Shown in pieces: positions 52,143 to 62,129 of a DNA stretch of 64,000 bases. The notes under the pieces were generated by a model. The model was not told the DNA's origin. It made no database searches and was given only the letters and a program-made list of their open reading frames with translations. The position numbers and the translations under genes are program-made. Numbering within the stretch: position 1 is the stretch's first letter; each line of letters starts with the position of its first letter. This DNA comes from an uncultured Alphaproteobacteria bacterium (lineage in GTDB: Bacteria > Pseudomonadota > Alphaproteobacteria > VGEJ01). The DNA is taken from NCBI GenBank assembly GCA_913041535.1, contig CAJWJK010000005.1:8984-72983 (forward strand), in the 5' to 3' direction.

Positions 52143-53078
52143 ATGCTTATGTTGGTTAATGTGTCAGCGATAACGTCATTGATTTGGCCGCTCACAATGC
52201 TAGCCATTACGGGAATTGGTACCGGGCTTACATTCTCATTAAATCGTATTGCCACGACAGAGGGAATTCCCTTCATTCCTTACGTTTTTTGGTCGTGCTT
52301 GCTTTCAGGTGTCCTTCTAGTTGGGTTATGCGTCTATAGGAGAGCTTATCCGAGTTTGAGATTCGAACATCTACGAACGTACCTTATCATCGGCGTTCTG
52401 GGTATGGCATTGCCGGTAACAATTTTGGCATTCGTTGCTCCGAATATCCCTGCCTCAGTCGTAGCCTTGGGCATGACATTATCTCCGATGATGACATACT
52501 TATTAGCTTTGGCGCTTTCTATGGAAAGGTTTAAATGGTTTGGTGTCGGTGGCATTATGCTTGGCTTACTTGGCGTGCTTCTAATAATTGTCCCTGAAAC
52601 AAGCTTGCCTGATCCTGACATGGCGTTATGGGTGGCGATCTCCCTTTTAGCGCCGCTCTGCTTTGCACTCTGTGCAATCTGCGCGGCTAAGTTTCGTCCT
52701 TCATCAGCTCGTTCGGTCGCAGTATCTGCAGGGGTTCAGTTGATAGCTGCAATATTTCTTGTTCCTGTCATGATCGTTGCAGATAGTTGGTGGTTTGTTG
52801 ATTCGGAATTTGGAAACGGCGAGTGGGCATTAGTAGCTGTTAGCGTATTCTACGCCATTTTCTGGCTTTGCTTTTTTGAGATTGTGCGGCTCGCTGGACC
52901 TGTTTTCTTCTCTATCTCCAACTACATTGCTACGATCTCGGGAGTAGTTTGGGGGCTGGTCATTTTTGGGGAAGCCCTGAGTCCGTGGATCTGGGCAGCG
53001 CTTGCTCTTATGCTTTCTGGGCTTTATCTACTAAGTACGAGGGACTCCCTTGAAGGTGGCAGCGGGCTTCGATCTTGA
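52143..53078 (+). CDS. EamA/DMT family transporter
   Basis: Ten predicted TM helices in two duplicated EamA halves. Confidence 0.7.
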   Translation: MLMLVNVSAITSLIWPLTMLAITGIGTGLTFSLNRIATTEGIPFIPYVFWSCLLSGVLLVGLCVYRRAYPSLRFEHLRTYLIIGVLGMALPVTILAFVAPNIPASVVALGMTLSPMMTYLLALALSMERFKWFGVGGIMLGLLGVLLIIVPETSLPDPDMALWVAISLLAPLCFALCAICAAKFRPSSARSVAVSAGVQLIAAIFLVPVMIVADSWWFVDSEFGNGEWALVAVSVFYAIFWLCFFEIVRLAGPVFFSISNYIATISGVVWGLVIFGEALSPWIWAALALMLSGLYLLSTRDSLEGGSGLRS

Positions 53079-53118
53079 TCTTAGCCCGCTAGCGATTATT
53101 CAAGGGCCCCGAATTTGA

Positions 53119-53703
53119 TTAACGAGTCCCCTGCAACCAACTTTCACCCCACGCCAGACAGGAAATACTGCTTGCGTGGCCCGCAAGGTCTTCTCCATAC
53201 ACGCTTCCTGTGGCTTTTCTACCAGAAACATCTAGGGTGCAATCCCAAGCCGGTATAAGGTTGCTATAGACACCCCAATCTCCAGTTATTTCGTTTCCAG
53301 GTTCAAAACGAATAAAGAAAGGGTCTCCAATATCACTCCATGTCAATTCTATGCGGCCTCCATCGTGTTCTACAATCTCTGAATAACTGGTGCGATAATC
53401 GCCGGAGCGCGAAAAATTTGCCGGCATGATGTGATCGTCCGTATTGCTGAATTGTGAACGCATACCAGCCTCAAGACTTTGTGCCCATCGAGTAAACTCT
53501 GGATTGTCAGAGTATATTTCCACCTTGCCGTCTGTAACGTCTGATTGTACAAACAACGTCGTACCTGCTCCGGCAGGCGAAAAAAACGAGCGCCAATGCG
53601 AACAAGTTGTGGTGTCTGGACCATCTTTTGCTGTTTTAAGGCGAAGAAAGGAGTTCTCGCCGGTGAATTCTACCTTGTGTGGATCAACAGGGGTCATGCT
53701 CAT
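53119..53703 (-). CDS. Hypothetical cytoplasmic protein (194 aa) with no recognisable motif
   Basis: An uninterrupted ORF with coding-like composition, no TM helix or signal peptide, and a Trp/Asp-rich sequence. Probably a conserved protein of unknown function. Confidence 0.5.
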   Translation of the reverse strand: MSMTPVDPHKVEFTGENSFLRLKTAKDGPDTTTCSHWRSFFSPAGAGTTLFVQSDVTDGKVEIYSDNPEFTRWAQSLEAGMRSQFSNTDDHIMPANFSRSGDYRTSYSEIVEHDGGRIELTWSDIGDPFFIRFEPGNEITGDWGVYSNLIPAWDCTLDVSGRKATGSVYGEDLAGHASSISCLAWGESWLQGTR

Positions 53704-54021
53704 GGGGCTCCTCCCAGAATAACGGCTTCGCTCTAGCCGAAGGTTGCGCTAAGGCAACTTTACCGATCAGTTTCCTGAACGTAAATGGAGTAAGGCTTCG
53801 ATATATTGAGAAAGTGAGAAATCCATACTGTCGGGCTTTAATCGGACACATGTCGTTCGTTTTTTGCAATAAAGCGGTTAGATATTTCTCTTCTATCGGT
53901 TCGGCATTGCTCGGATCGGTCGAGGTTTGTGAGAGCATTCTTTGATTAATGATATGAAACCTTCCAGTTCTTGGCGAGGCAAATCGCAAAAAGTAGGGTT
54001 CTGGCAGAGGGTAAGGGTAAG

Positions 54022-54762
54022 ATGAGTATTTGGGGCAAGATCATTGGTGGCACAGCTGGCTTTGCCTTTGGCGGGCCTATTGGTGCGTTGATAGGAGGTT
54101 TTGCTGGTCACGCTTTTGACAGGATGAGGCAACGGGATGCTGCTAATCGAGTAGACTCGCAACAAAATAAAAAACAGATCGCCTTTACTATCGGTGTGAT
54201 TGTTCTTGGGGCTAAGATGGCAAAGGCCGATGGCAAAGTTACGGCTGACGAAATTAGCGCTTTTAAGAAAGTCTTTCAAATTCCATCGGAAGAAATCGGA
54301 AACGTTGCTCGGGTTTTTGATCGAGCCCGGCAGGAGTCCGAGGGTTATGAGCCTTATGCAAAACAAATTGCCAGTCTTTTCAGTGGACATCCAGCAGTAT
54401 TGGAGGATCTTCTGGATGGTTTATTCCATATAGCAAAAGCAGATGGTGTGATTCATCCAAAAGAAGTTGCCTTCTTGAAGGGAGTAAGCCACATATTCGG
54501 CTTTAATGGATCAGAGTTTGACCGTATATATGCGTCAAATATCGGTACGGCTCATAGCGACCCGTATAAGATCCTTGGCGTCAGCTACGATATTGGTGAT
54601 GAAGAATTAAAGCGTCGATACCTCTTTTTGATTAAGGAGCACCATCCTGATCGGCTTATAGCGCAGGGCATGCCGTCTGAGTTTGTAAAGGTTGCAAATG
54701 AGAAGGTAGCAACGATAAACGATGCATATGATAGAGTATGCAAGCAAAGGGAGTTACTATAG
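54022..54762 (+). CDS. djlA: DnaJ-like membrane co-chaperone DjlA
   Basis: Gly-rich N-terminal TM helix (IIGGTAGFAFGGPIGALIGGFAG), a TerB-like central domain, and a C-terminal J domain with HPD (DPYKILGV…EHHPDRL). Start taken at the internal Met 54022. Confidence 0.75.
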   Translation: MSIWGKIIGGTAGFAFGGPIGALIGGFAGHAFDRMRQRDAANRVDSQQNKKQIAFTIGVIVLGAKMAKADGKVTADEISAFKKVFQIPSEEIGNVARVFDRARQESEGYEPYAKQIASLFSGHPAVLEDLLDGLFHIAKADGVIHPKEVAFLKGVSHIFGFNGSEFDRIYASNIGTAHSDPYKILGVSYDIGDEELKRRYLFLIKEHHPDRLIAQGMPSEFVKVANEKVATINDAYDRVCKQRELL

Positions 54763-54861
54763 TGTGCAGGCCAGTTGAGATGTGCTGCACAATTATAGTC
54801 ATCTGTACCAAGGCTTAGGTGCTTTCTAGGTTTTTCTAGTAATATTAGGGAATCGATCAGA

Positions 54862-55734
54862 ATGGCGATTACCCATCTTGGTCTTGCTTTGATCGTCAAC
54901 ATGGCGTTTGGCTATGCCTTTGTTGCCGCAAAGCTCGGCGTTGAGAGCTATCCTCCTATTTTTTTTACAGCTATTCGCTGGGCAATCATCGCAGTTATGT
55001 TGGCATGGTTCTTGCGTGCTCCTCGCGGGCAGATAAAAAATCTCGTAGCGATATCAGTAACGATGGGCGCTTTGCATTATGCTCTGATGTATACCGGCTT
55101 TAGCCTGAGCCGCGATGTAGCCTCGATTGCTATAGTTGTGCAGTTGAGTGTCCCATTCGCTGCAATCATGGGGGTGTTTTTTCTTGGCGAGAGGGTGAGT
55201 CTGCTGAAAGTTGTAGCAATTATGGTTGCGTTTTTTGGTGTGGTCATTATTGGGCTTGATCCAGGATTATTTGATCATCTGGATTCGTTGCTACTGGTTG
55301 CTATATCGGCGCTCATGTTTGCAGTTGGCAGTGTCCTAATCAACAAAACAAAGGGTCTGTCAACTTGGACAATTCAAGCATGGATGGCTGTATTGAGCGC
55401 TCCGCAGCTTCTCATGCTTTCCCTCATCTTTGAGGATGGACAATGGCACTCATTGATGAATCCAAACCTAGTCGGCCTCTGGGCAATGTTTTATGCAGTG
55501 GTCGGAACTTCCATTATTGGACTCGGTGGTTGGTACTACTTGCTTCAACGTTATCCTGTTAGCACTATTTCGCCAATCGGATTACTAACGCCTATCCTTG
55601 GGGTATTGTCGGGTATTGTCTTTATGGGAGACTCGCTGTCCCGTGAATTGATCATTGGAGGCGCGCTGACTCTGTCGGGTGTTGCTTTCATAATGTTCAA
55701 CGCTGCGCGCACGCGCGAGAACAATAACAAGTAA
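54862..55734 (+). CDS. EamA/DMT family transporter
   Basis: Ten predicted TM helices; paralogous type to the 52143 gene. Confidence 0.7.
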   Translation: MAITHLGLALIVNMAFGYAFVAAKLGVESYPPIFFTAIRWAIIAVMLAWFLRAPRGQIKNLVAISVTMGALHYALMYTGFSLSRDVASIAIVVQLSVPFAAIMGVFFLGERVSLLKVVAIMVAFFGVVIIGLDPGLFDHLDSLLLVAISALMFAVGSVLINKTKGLSTWTIQAWMAVLSAPQLLMLSLIFEDGQWHSLMNPNLVGLWAMFYAVVGTSIIGLGGWYYLLQRYPVSTISPIGLLTPILGVLSGIVFMGDSLSRELIIGGALTLSGVAFIMFNAARTRENNNK

Positions 55735-55770
55735 GCCAAGTCAAAAAACTGAGGATTTTGGAATCTCAAG

Positions 55771-56475
55771 GTGTACTTATCTAATTATCGATCCCCTAAC
55801 TATGATGGGCGCCCGGTTAATGGCAAGGTTGACATGCTCATATTGCACTATACGGGGATGAAAACGGCTCAGGCGGCACTAGAGCGATTATGTGATCGGA
55901 GCTCTAAGGTTAGCGCTCACTATTTTATCGATGAGGTGGGACAGTGCTATCAGTTAGTCTCCGAAGCTCATCGGGCGTGGCATGCCGGAAAAGCGAGCTG
56001 GCAAGGAGAAAATAATATCAATTCGCGTTCTATCGGAATTGAACTTGTTAACCCTGGACACGAATACGGTTATCGCCCCTTTCCGGAGGAACAAATGGCT
56101 TGTGTTGCTGATCTTGCTTTAGGTTTGGTTCAGAGGTTCGACATACCAGGATCTCGTGTTCTCGCGCACGCTGATGTGGCGCCGACCAGGCGATCTGATC
56201 CGGGGGAGCTATTTGATTGGCATCGACTCGCAAGAGTTGGAGTTGGATTATGGCCTACATCTCACAAAGAGGGGCTGTGGAGTGGAGATGTTGTTGAATT
56301 ACAGAATAAACTGCTGAAGATTGGTTACGAAGTTGGACGGCAGGGGCAGTTCGATAAGGAGACTAGAGCAGCCGTCGTCGCCTTTCAGCGCCACTACGTA
56401 CAAACTCGTGCGGACGGCGAAGTAGATATGCGCACTATGGAACGGATTAACGCTATATTGCACTCTATATCTTGA
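55771..56475 (+). CDS. N-acetylmuramoyl-L-alanine amidase (AmpD-like, amidase_2) with a C-terminal peptidoglycan-binding domain
   Basis: Amidase_2 zinc ligands (HYTG…, …HADVAP…D) and a PG_binding_1-like tail (VVELQNKLLKIGYEVGRQGQFDKETRAAVVAFQRHY). Confidence 0.8.
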   Translation: MYLSNYRSPNYDGRPVNGKVDMLILHYTGMKTAQAALERLCDRSSKVSAHYFIDEVGQCYQLVSEAHRAWHAGKASWQGENNINSRSIGIELVNPGHEYGYRPFPEEQMACVADLALGLVQRFDIPGSRVLAHADVAPTRRSDPGELFDWHRLARVGVGLWPTSHKEGLWSGDVVELQNKLLKIGYEVGRQGQFDKETRAAVVAFQRHYVQTRADGEVDMRTMERINAILHSIS

Positions 56476-56507
56476 CTGTATGGTGCATCTCACTTATGTC
56501 AGAGCAG

Positions 56508-56900
<393 letters not shown>

Positions 56901-57045
56901 GGGTTGACCGAGGCTCACTAGATCGTTTTCTATTGCGTGATTTGTCGCACAGGTTTTCACAATCCTAGTTTACCTGCTCTGGTAGGCGTTGTGCCGTCCA
57001 TTTTACCACAATAGAAGAGCGTCGACAGACTAACCAAATCTAGAT

Positions 57046-57092
57046 ATCCCATTGACGCCCATGGCATACCATGGTATCCCATGCAGTCCCAT
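57046..57092 (+). promoter_or_regulatory. Array of five 10-bp-phased CCCAT (bottom strand ATGGG) direct repeats upstream of mraZ: candidate MraZ operator
   Basis: CCCA begins at 57048, 57058, 57068 (degenerate, ACCA), 57078 and 57088, exactly 10 bp apart. On the bottom strand this reads TGGGA/TGGGC boxes with 5-6 nt spacers, like the TGGGN direct repeats bound by MraZ in other bacteria. Confidence 0.55.
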
Positions 57093-57147
57093 AGTGGCCA
57101 GATATCGATATGGTGCGCAGGGACAGCGGTTAAAACTGGGTGCGGAC

Positions 57148-57636
57148 GTGGAGCTGTTCCTTTCCACCATCGTGAACAAACTGGATAAGAAGGGTCGTGT
57201 TTCGGTCCCGGCCTCCTTTCGTGCTGTGCTTTCTGGCCAGCGATTTTACGGCATTATTGTATATCCATCTTTCGTTAACCCAGCTATCGAGGGTTGTGGG
57301 TTTGATCGGATGGAGAGAATCAGTGCCGGTATTGACCAATTCGATCCATTTTCTGAAGAGCGTGATGCCTTTGCCGTTTCAATCCTTTCTAACAGCTATC
57401 AACTACCTTTTGACAGCGAAGGTCGCATTATGTTGCCCCAAGTACTAGCTGATCATGCCAATTTGTCGGATCGCGTTGCTTTCGTAGGTCTCGGGTCAAC
57501 ATTTCAAATCTGGAATCCCGAAAAGTTTGAAATTTTTGAGCGTGAGGCAAGAGATCGAGCTCGCAGCGACCGCAATGTTTTTAGAATGCAAAAAGAAAGT
57601 GCTCCGTCAGCAAGCAAAACTGAGAGGGGCACGTAG
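57148..57636 (+). CDS. mraZ: Transcriptional regulator MraZ
   Basis: Duplicated SpoVT/AbrB halves (LDKKGRVSVPASFR… and …FDSEGRIMLPQVL). The listed ORF starts at 57052, but homologs begin near …FLSTIVNKLDKKGR, so the start is likely the in-frame GTG at 57148; the 5' extension would overlap the operator repeats. Confidence 0.85.
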   Translation: MELFLSTIVNKLDKKGRVSVPASFRAVLSGQRFYGIIVYPSFVNPAIEGCGFDRMERISAGIDQFDPFSEERDAFAVSILSNSYQLPFDSEGRIMLPQVLADHANLSDRVAFVGLGSTFQIWNPEKFEIFEREARDRARSDRNVFRMQKESAPSASKTERGT

Positions 57637-58632
57637 ATGAAAGATCAAGACTGGGTCGGTCATACGCCTGTAATGGTTGAAGAGGTCATAGAAGCTCTGG
57701 CACCAAGAGCCGGGGCAGTGCTTATTGATGCAACTTTTGGCGGTGGGGGGCATTCTAAGGCGATTCTTGCAGCGGCACCATGCCGCATCTGGGCAGTTGA
57801 CTGTGATTGGGATGCTGTAGAGAGAGGAAAAAAGTTTTCTCGAACGTGTGAGGGAAGGCTCGCTATTTTCCATGGTCATTTTGGAGATATTGAGAATCTG
57901 TTGGAGTCACATGGAATCTTTCCGGTTGATGGCATTACCTTTGATCTTGGTGTTTCATCATGGCAGTTATCCCTTCCAGATCGAGGTTTCTCCTTCCAGC
58001 AGAACGGGCCACTGGACATGAGAATGAATATTTCACCTGGAAAGGGAGCTTTGCCAACTGCAGCAGATCTATTGAATAGAGATAGTGAAGACGAACTGGC
58101 TGATTTATTTTCTCGGTTCGGTGAAGAACCAAGGGCAAGGCACATTGCTAGCGCTATCGTAAAGGAGCGTCGGAATAACCCAATCACACATACACTTCAA
58201 CTTGCTGATTTGGTGTGTTCAGTTGTTGGCAGAGGTCATCGTGTTCGCCATCCGGCGACACGGGTATTTCAAGCTTTGCGTATTGCTGTCAACGGTGAGC
58301 TTGGTCCAAAAGGCCAGTTAACCCAAGGACTGAAAGCTGCTGAGCGGCTGCTTAAGCCTGGCGGGCGACTCGTGGTTATATCGTTTCACTCTCTAGAGGA
58401 TCGCGAAGTTAAGCAATTTATGATGAGGCGATGCGATAAGAAACGAGAAACCTCTCGTCATCGTCCTCCCTTACCTGACGAGGCCCGTCCTCCCAGCTTT
58501 AGGTTGCTATTCCGTAAGCCGCGTCGGCCGAGTCGTGCAGAGGTTGAGAGGAATCCACGTGCCCGCTCGGCGCGTCTTAGGGCGGTTGAGCGCACAACAT
58601 CTCCACCTTGGTCCACCGCAGGGGTTGCCTAA
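57637..58632 (+). CDS. rsmH: 16S rRNA (cytosine1402-N4)-methyltransferase RsmH/MraW
   Basis: SAM-binding motifs (DATFGGGGHS, FDLGVSS). It is the second gene of the dcw cluster. Confidence 0.9.
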   Translation: MKDQDWVGHTPVMVEEVIEALAPRAGAVLIDATFGGGGHSKAILAAAPCRIWAVDCDWDAVERGKKFSRTCEGRLAIFHGHFGDIENLLESHGIFPVDGITFDLGVSSWQLSLPDRGFSFQQNGPLDMRMNISPGKGALPTAADLLNRDSEDELADLFSRFGEEPRARHIASAIVKERRNNPITHTLQLADLVCSVVGRGHRVRHPATRVFQALRIAVNGELGPKGQLTQGLKAAERLLKPGGRLVVISFHSLEDREVKQFMMRRCDKKRETSRHRPPLPDEARPPSFRLLFRKPRRPSRAEVERNPRARSARLRAVERTTSPPWSTAGVA

Positions 58633-58949
58633 TGAGGCCTTTCAATATGATTGGTATGGCATTAGTGATTGCAGCTGCGGCTGGCTTGTTTCGGTTAAAA
58701 CATGAAGTTCAGCAGCTTGAGGCGGAATTAATCTCATTAGACCGAACTCTGATTGAACAGCGAGAAGCGATAAGGGTATTAAACGCCGAGTGGAGTTATC
58801 TCAATCGACCGGAAAGACTGTTAACGCTTTCCGATCGATATCTTAATCTTGTTCCACTTGTTTCCGGCCAGTTTGGACGCATTTACGAGTTGTCTGAACC
58901 AGCACGTGAGTCGCAAAGAGCTGAACGTAATGTTGGAGTTCATCGGTAA
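58608..58949 (+). CDS. ftsL: Cell division protein FtsL-like (alphaproteobacterial type)
   Basis: A small protein with one TM helix (MIGMALVIAAAAGLF) and a coiled-coil, in the FtsL position between rsmH and ftsI. The start may be the internal Met. Confidence 0.6.
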   Translation: MVHRRGCLMRPFNMIGMALVIAAAAGLFRLKHEVQQLEAELISLDRTLIEQREAIRVLNAEWSYLNRPERLLTLSDRYLNLVPLVSGQFGRIYELSEPARESQRAERNVGVHR

Positions 58950-60697
58950 TGCGTAGAATTCTGATTGGGACATCGGCGCTTCCTGATTCTCCAGATGATT
59001 CTAAGTCGTCATATAAAGGGTCTAGCCGATCGCGCCTATTCACGGTTTTGGGATTGTTCATACTATGTTTTGCAGTTCTTTCAGCGCGGTTAATCGATGT
59101 CAGTCTTTTGCGAGATGGAGGAGAGCCAAGTATCACTCGTGCTGGAAGTGATCGGCCCGGGGCGACGGGGCGTGCAGACATATTAGATCGCAATGGAGTT
59201 TTATTAGCGACAACTCTTCGTACGCCTTCGCTTTACGCTAACCCTAGAGTCTTGTTGGATCCGGAGGAGGCAGCAAAAAAGTTAACGACCGTATTGCCTG
59301 ATCTCAGTTATAATGTGCTTATACAGAAGCTCATATCTAAGCGTTCTTTTGCTTGGCTGAAAAGAGGGTTAACACCACTTCAGCAACATCAAGTTAATAG
59401 CTTAGGAATTCCTGGTCTTGGTTTCTTGGACGAATATCGTCGGATCTATCCGCAAGCAGACTTAACCTCTCATATTGTTGGGTTCTGCGGTATAGATAAC
59501 GTTGGGCTTTCTGGAATTGAAAGCCGCTACAATGCGGAATTAACTGCGCCAGATCGTTTGGGCCAAGCCATATCATTGTCGCTTGATATCAGAGTTCAAA
59601 ACGTTTTGCATAATGAGCTATCTGAGGCAGTAAAGACCTTCCAGGCTGTTGGTGCGGCTGGAGTCGTCATGGATGTTGAGTCCGGCGAGATTCTTGCCAT
59701 GGTCTCCTTGCCTGATTTTGATCCAAATCGGTTTTCAGAGGCTAATGCCGAATCTCGCTTTAATAGGGCAAGTCTTGGAATTTATGAAATGGGGTCAACG
59801 TTCAAGGCTTTCACCGTTGCAGCGGCCCTAGATACAGGAATTATCAACCTAAAGAGTCGTTACGATGCTACGAACCCTCTTCGGGTTGCGCGCTATTGGA
59901 TTCGTGATGACCACGCTAAGAATCGTTGGTTGAGTGTACCGGAGATCTTCATTTACTCGTCAAATATAGGGGCCGCTAAGATGGCATTGGATCTTGGCGG
60001 GGATCGGCAGAAGGCATTTCTCGATAAGTTGGGGCTTTTGTCCCCGTCTACCGTTGAGCTTCCGGAAGTAGCTAAGCCCATGTGGCCTCAACCGTGGAGA
60101 GAGGATAGTACGATGACCGTTGGATTTGGTCATGGCATCGCTGTTAGCCCGATTAAGATTGCTGCTGCGATCGCATCCTTGGTTAATGGTGGCTACAGAA
60201 TTGATGAAACCTTGATTCGAGGTAAGAGCGTATCTGCCAAACCTGGCGATCGGGTTAAGAGCGTATCTGCCAAACCTGGCGATCGGGTGGTGAGTGCCCA
60301 TACATCAAAAATGATGCGGGCATTGTTAAGGTTAGTGGTGACAGATGGTACCGGAAGTCAAGCCGAGGCTGTGGGCTACTCTGTTGGAGGAAAAACCGGA
60401 ACTGCAGAGAAGCCTGGTAAGCGAGGTTATCGTCGCGATGCCCTTATCTCTTCGTTTGTTGGCGTATTTCCCTCAGTTGCGCCCCGTTTCTTAGTTTTAG
60501 CAGTACTCGATGAGCCAAAAGGGACTAAGGCTACTCATGGGTTCGCTGGTGGCGGTTGGACTGCTGCGCCCACCGTCAGTCGGGTAATTTCAAAGATTGG
60601 TCCTATGCTCGATGTTATGCCGATTAGAGAGAAAGATGCTGAATCTCACATGATTCTTGAAATATCTAGTGAGGAGGAAAACCTTGAGGCTTTCTGA
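58949..60697 (+). CDS. ftsI: Peptidoglycan D,D-transpeptidase FtsI (PBP3)
   Basis: Transpeptidase motifs STFK (GSTFKAF), SSN (YSSNIG) and KTG (GGKTGTA), plus the PBP dimerisation domain. It contains a 33-bp in-frame tandem duplication (KSVSAKPGDRV twice). Confidence 0.9.
   Translation: MRRILIGTSALPDSPDDSKSSYKGSSRSRLFTVLGLFILCFAVLSARLIDVSLLRDGGEPSITRAGSDRPGATGRADILDRNGVLLATTLRTPSLYANPRVLLDPEEAAKKLTTVLPDLSYNVLIQKLISKRSFAWLKRGLTPLQQHQVNSLGIPGLGFLDEYRRIYPQADLTSHIVGFCGIDNVGLSGIESRYNAELTAPDRLGQAISLSLDIRVQNVLHNELSEAVKTFQAVGAAGVVMDVESGEILAMVSLPDFDPNRFSEANAESRFNRASLGIYEMGSTFKAFTVAAALDTGIINLKSRYDATNPLRVARYWIRDDHAKNRWLSVPEIFIYSSNIGAAKMALDLGGDRQKAFLDKLGLLSPSTVELPEVAKPMWPQPWREDSTMTVGFGHGIAVSPIKIAAAIASLVNGGYRIDETLIRGKSVSAKPGDRVKSVSAKPGDRVVSAHTSKMMRALLRLVVTDGTGSQAEAVGYSVGGKTGTAEKPGKRGYRRDALISSFVGVFPSVAPRFLVLAVLDEPKGTKATHGFAGGGWTAAPTVSRVISKIGPMLDVMPIREKDAESHMILEISSEEENLEAF
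60224..60289. repeat. 33-bp tandem duplication inside ftsI
   Basis: AAGAGCGTATCTGCCAAACCTGGCGATCGGGTT at 60224-60256 is repeated at 60257-60289 with only the last base changed. It is in frame and encodes KSVSAKPGDRV twice. Confidence 0.9.
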
Positions 60698-62129
60698 TCT
60701 TCTGGATTGTGAAAAAGGTACCGCAGAAGTTGAAGTTGTCGGTCTGTCGTCGGATAGCCGAAAGGTCCGCCCGGGTTATTTATTTGCTGCGCTCTCTGGC
60801 AGAACCAGGGATGGTATCACCTATATACAAGACGCTGTAGAACAGGGGGCTGTCGCTATCCTGGCGCCTCCTGGCACTCACATTGACGAAACAACAGTTC
60901 GATTAGTGGTAGACGCTAATCCACGCCAAATGCTTGCGCGGATGGCGGCTCGTTTTCATGGTAGACAGCCTGCAACAGTCGTAGCTGTTACTGGCACAAA
61001 TGGTAAGACGTCAGTGGTATCCTTCACGCGCCAATTATGGTCTGCAATTGGGAATAACTCGGCGAGTCTCGGTACTTTAGGGGTTGTCGCAGATAGCTTT
61101 TCTGCGCAGTTGTCCCATACCACACCTGAACCGGTCACACTGCACGCTCTTTTAGCAGATATGGCAGATAGAGGAATTAACCATTTAGCGATCGAGGCTT
61201 CAAGTCATGGTCTCGATCAGCATCGTCTTGATGGTGTAGTAATCCAAGCTGCGGCTTTCACCAATCTAAGTAGGGATCATCTGGACTACCACGGGGATCA
61301 GGAATCCTACTTTGCCGCAAAGAAGCGTCTGATCTCTGAAGTTATGAGCAATGGTGTGGCTGTCTTAAATGCGGATTGCAATCACTTCTCTGACCTTAAT
61401 GTCGTTGCCCGCAGGCGTGGTCATCAAACGATTAGTTATGGGTTGAAAGGGCAGGAAGTAAAATTAGTAAAAGTGAAACCTGGATCGGGTGGGCAGGATG
61501 TGGAGATTGAACTTTTGGGTAGGAGACATAAAGCGTGGTTACCTTTGGTTGGGGCTTTTCAAGTTAGTAATGTGATGTGTGCTCTTGGCTTAGTTGTAGG
61601 GGGTGGTGTGGGCCCGCATGAGGCGGCTGCATCGATAAGCAATTTAAGAGGAGTGGATGGTCGTCTGGATTTAGTGGCCAAACATAGCTCAGGAGCTCCA
61701 ATATATGTTGATTACGCTCACACTCCAGGAGCATTAGAAAGTGTTTTGATTGCTTTGCGACCACATGTGACTAGAAGTTTATGGGTCATTTTTGGGTGTG
61801 GTGGCGGCCGTGATCGTGGCAAGAGAGGGGAGATGGGGGCCGTTGCGCAAAAGTACGCAGACCGCGTAATTGTAACTGATGATAATCCGCGTGATGAGAG
61901 TCCAGAGGTCATTCGTAAGGCCATTCTTGATGCCTGTCCGAAAGCTCAAGAGGTATCGCCTCGCGATGAAGCAATAGCACTCGCTGTTGACTCTTTGACA
62001 TCGGGAGACGTGCTCGTTGTTGCAGGAAAAGGTCATGAAGAGAATCAGACAATTGGGTCCGATGTGCTTCCATTCAATGATGGTGATGTAATTAGAGATA
62101 TACTTGGCAGCCCCGGAAGAGTCTGGTGA
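60657..62129 (+). CDS. murE: UDP-N-acetylmuramoyl-L-alanyl-D-glutamate--2,6-diaminopimelate ligase
   Basis: Mur ligase ATP-binding P-loop (GTNGKTS) and the DNPR motif characteristic of meso-DAP-adding MurE. Confidence 0.9.
   Translation: MKYLVRRKTLRLSDLLDCEKGTAEVEVVGLSSDSRKVRPGYLFAALSGRTRDGITYIQDAVEQGAVAILAPPGTHIDETTVRLVVDANPRQMLARMAARFHGRQPATVVAVTGTNGKTSVVSFTRQLWSAIGNNSASLGTLGVVADSFSAQLSHTTPEPVTLHALLADMADRGINHLAIEASSHGLDQHRLDGVVIQAAAFTNLSRDHLDYHGDQESYFAAKKRLISEVMSNGVAVLNADCNHFSDLNVVARRRGHQTISYGLKGQEVKLVKVKPGSGGQDVEIELLGRRHKAWLPLVGAFQVSNVMCALGLVVGGGVGPHEAAASISNLRGVDGRLDLVAKHSSGAPIYVDYAHTPGALESVLIALRPHVTRSLWVIFGCGGGRDRGKRGEMGAVAQKYADRVIVTDDNPRDESPEVIRKAILDACPKAQEVSPRDEAIALAVDSLTSGDVLVVAGKGHEENQTIGSDVLPFNDGDVIRDILGSPGRVW

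Noticed and set aside
53893-54390. A 165-aa minus-strand ORF antisense to djlA
   Set aside because: djlA has clear TM, TerB-like and J-domain (HPD) features on the + strand. The antisense ORF has no motifs.
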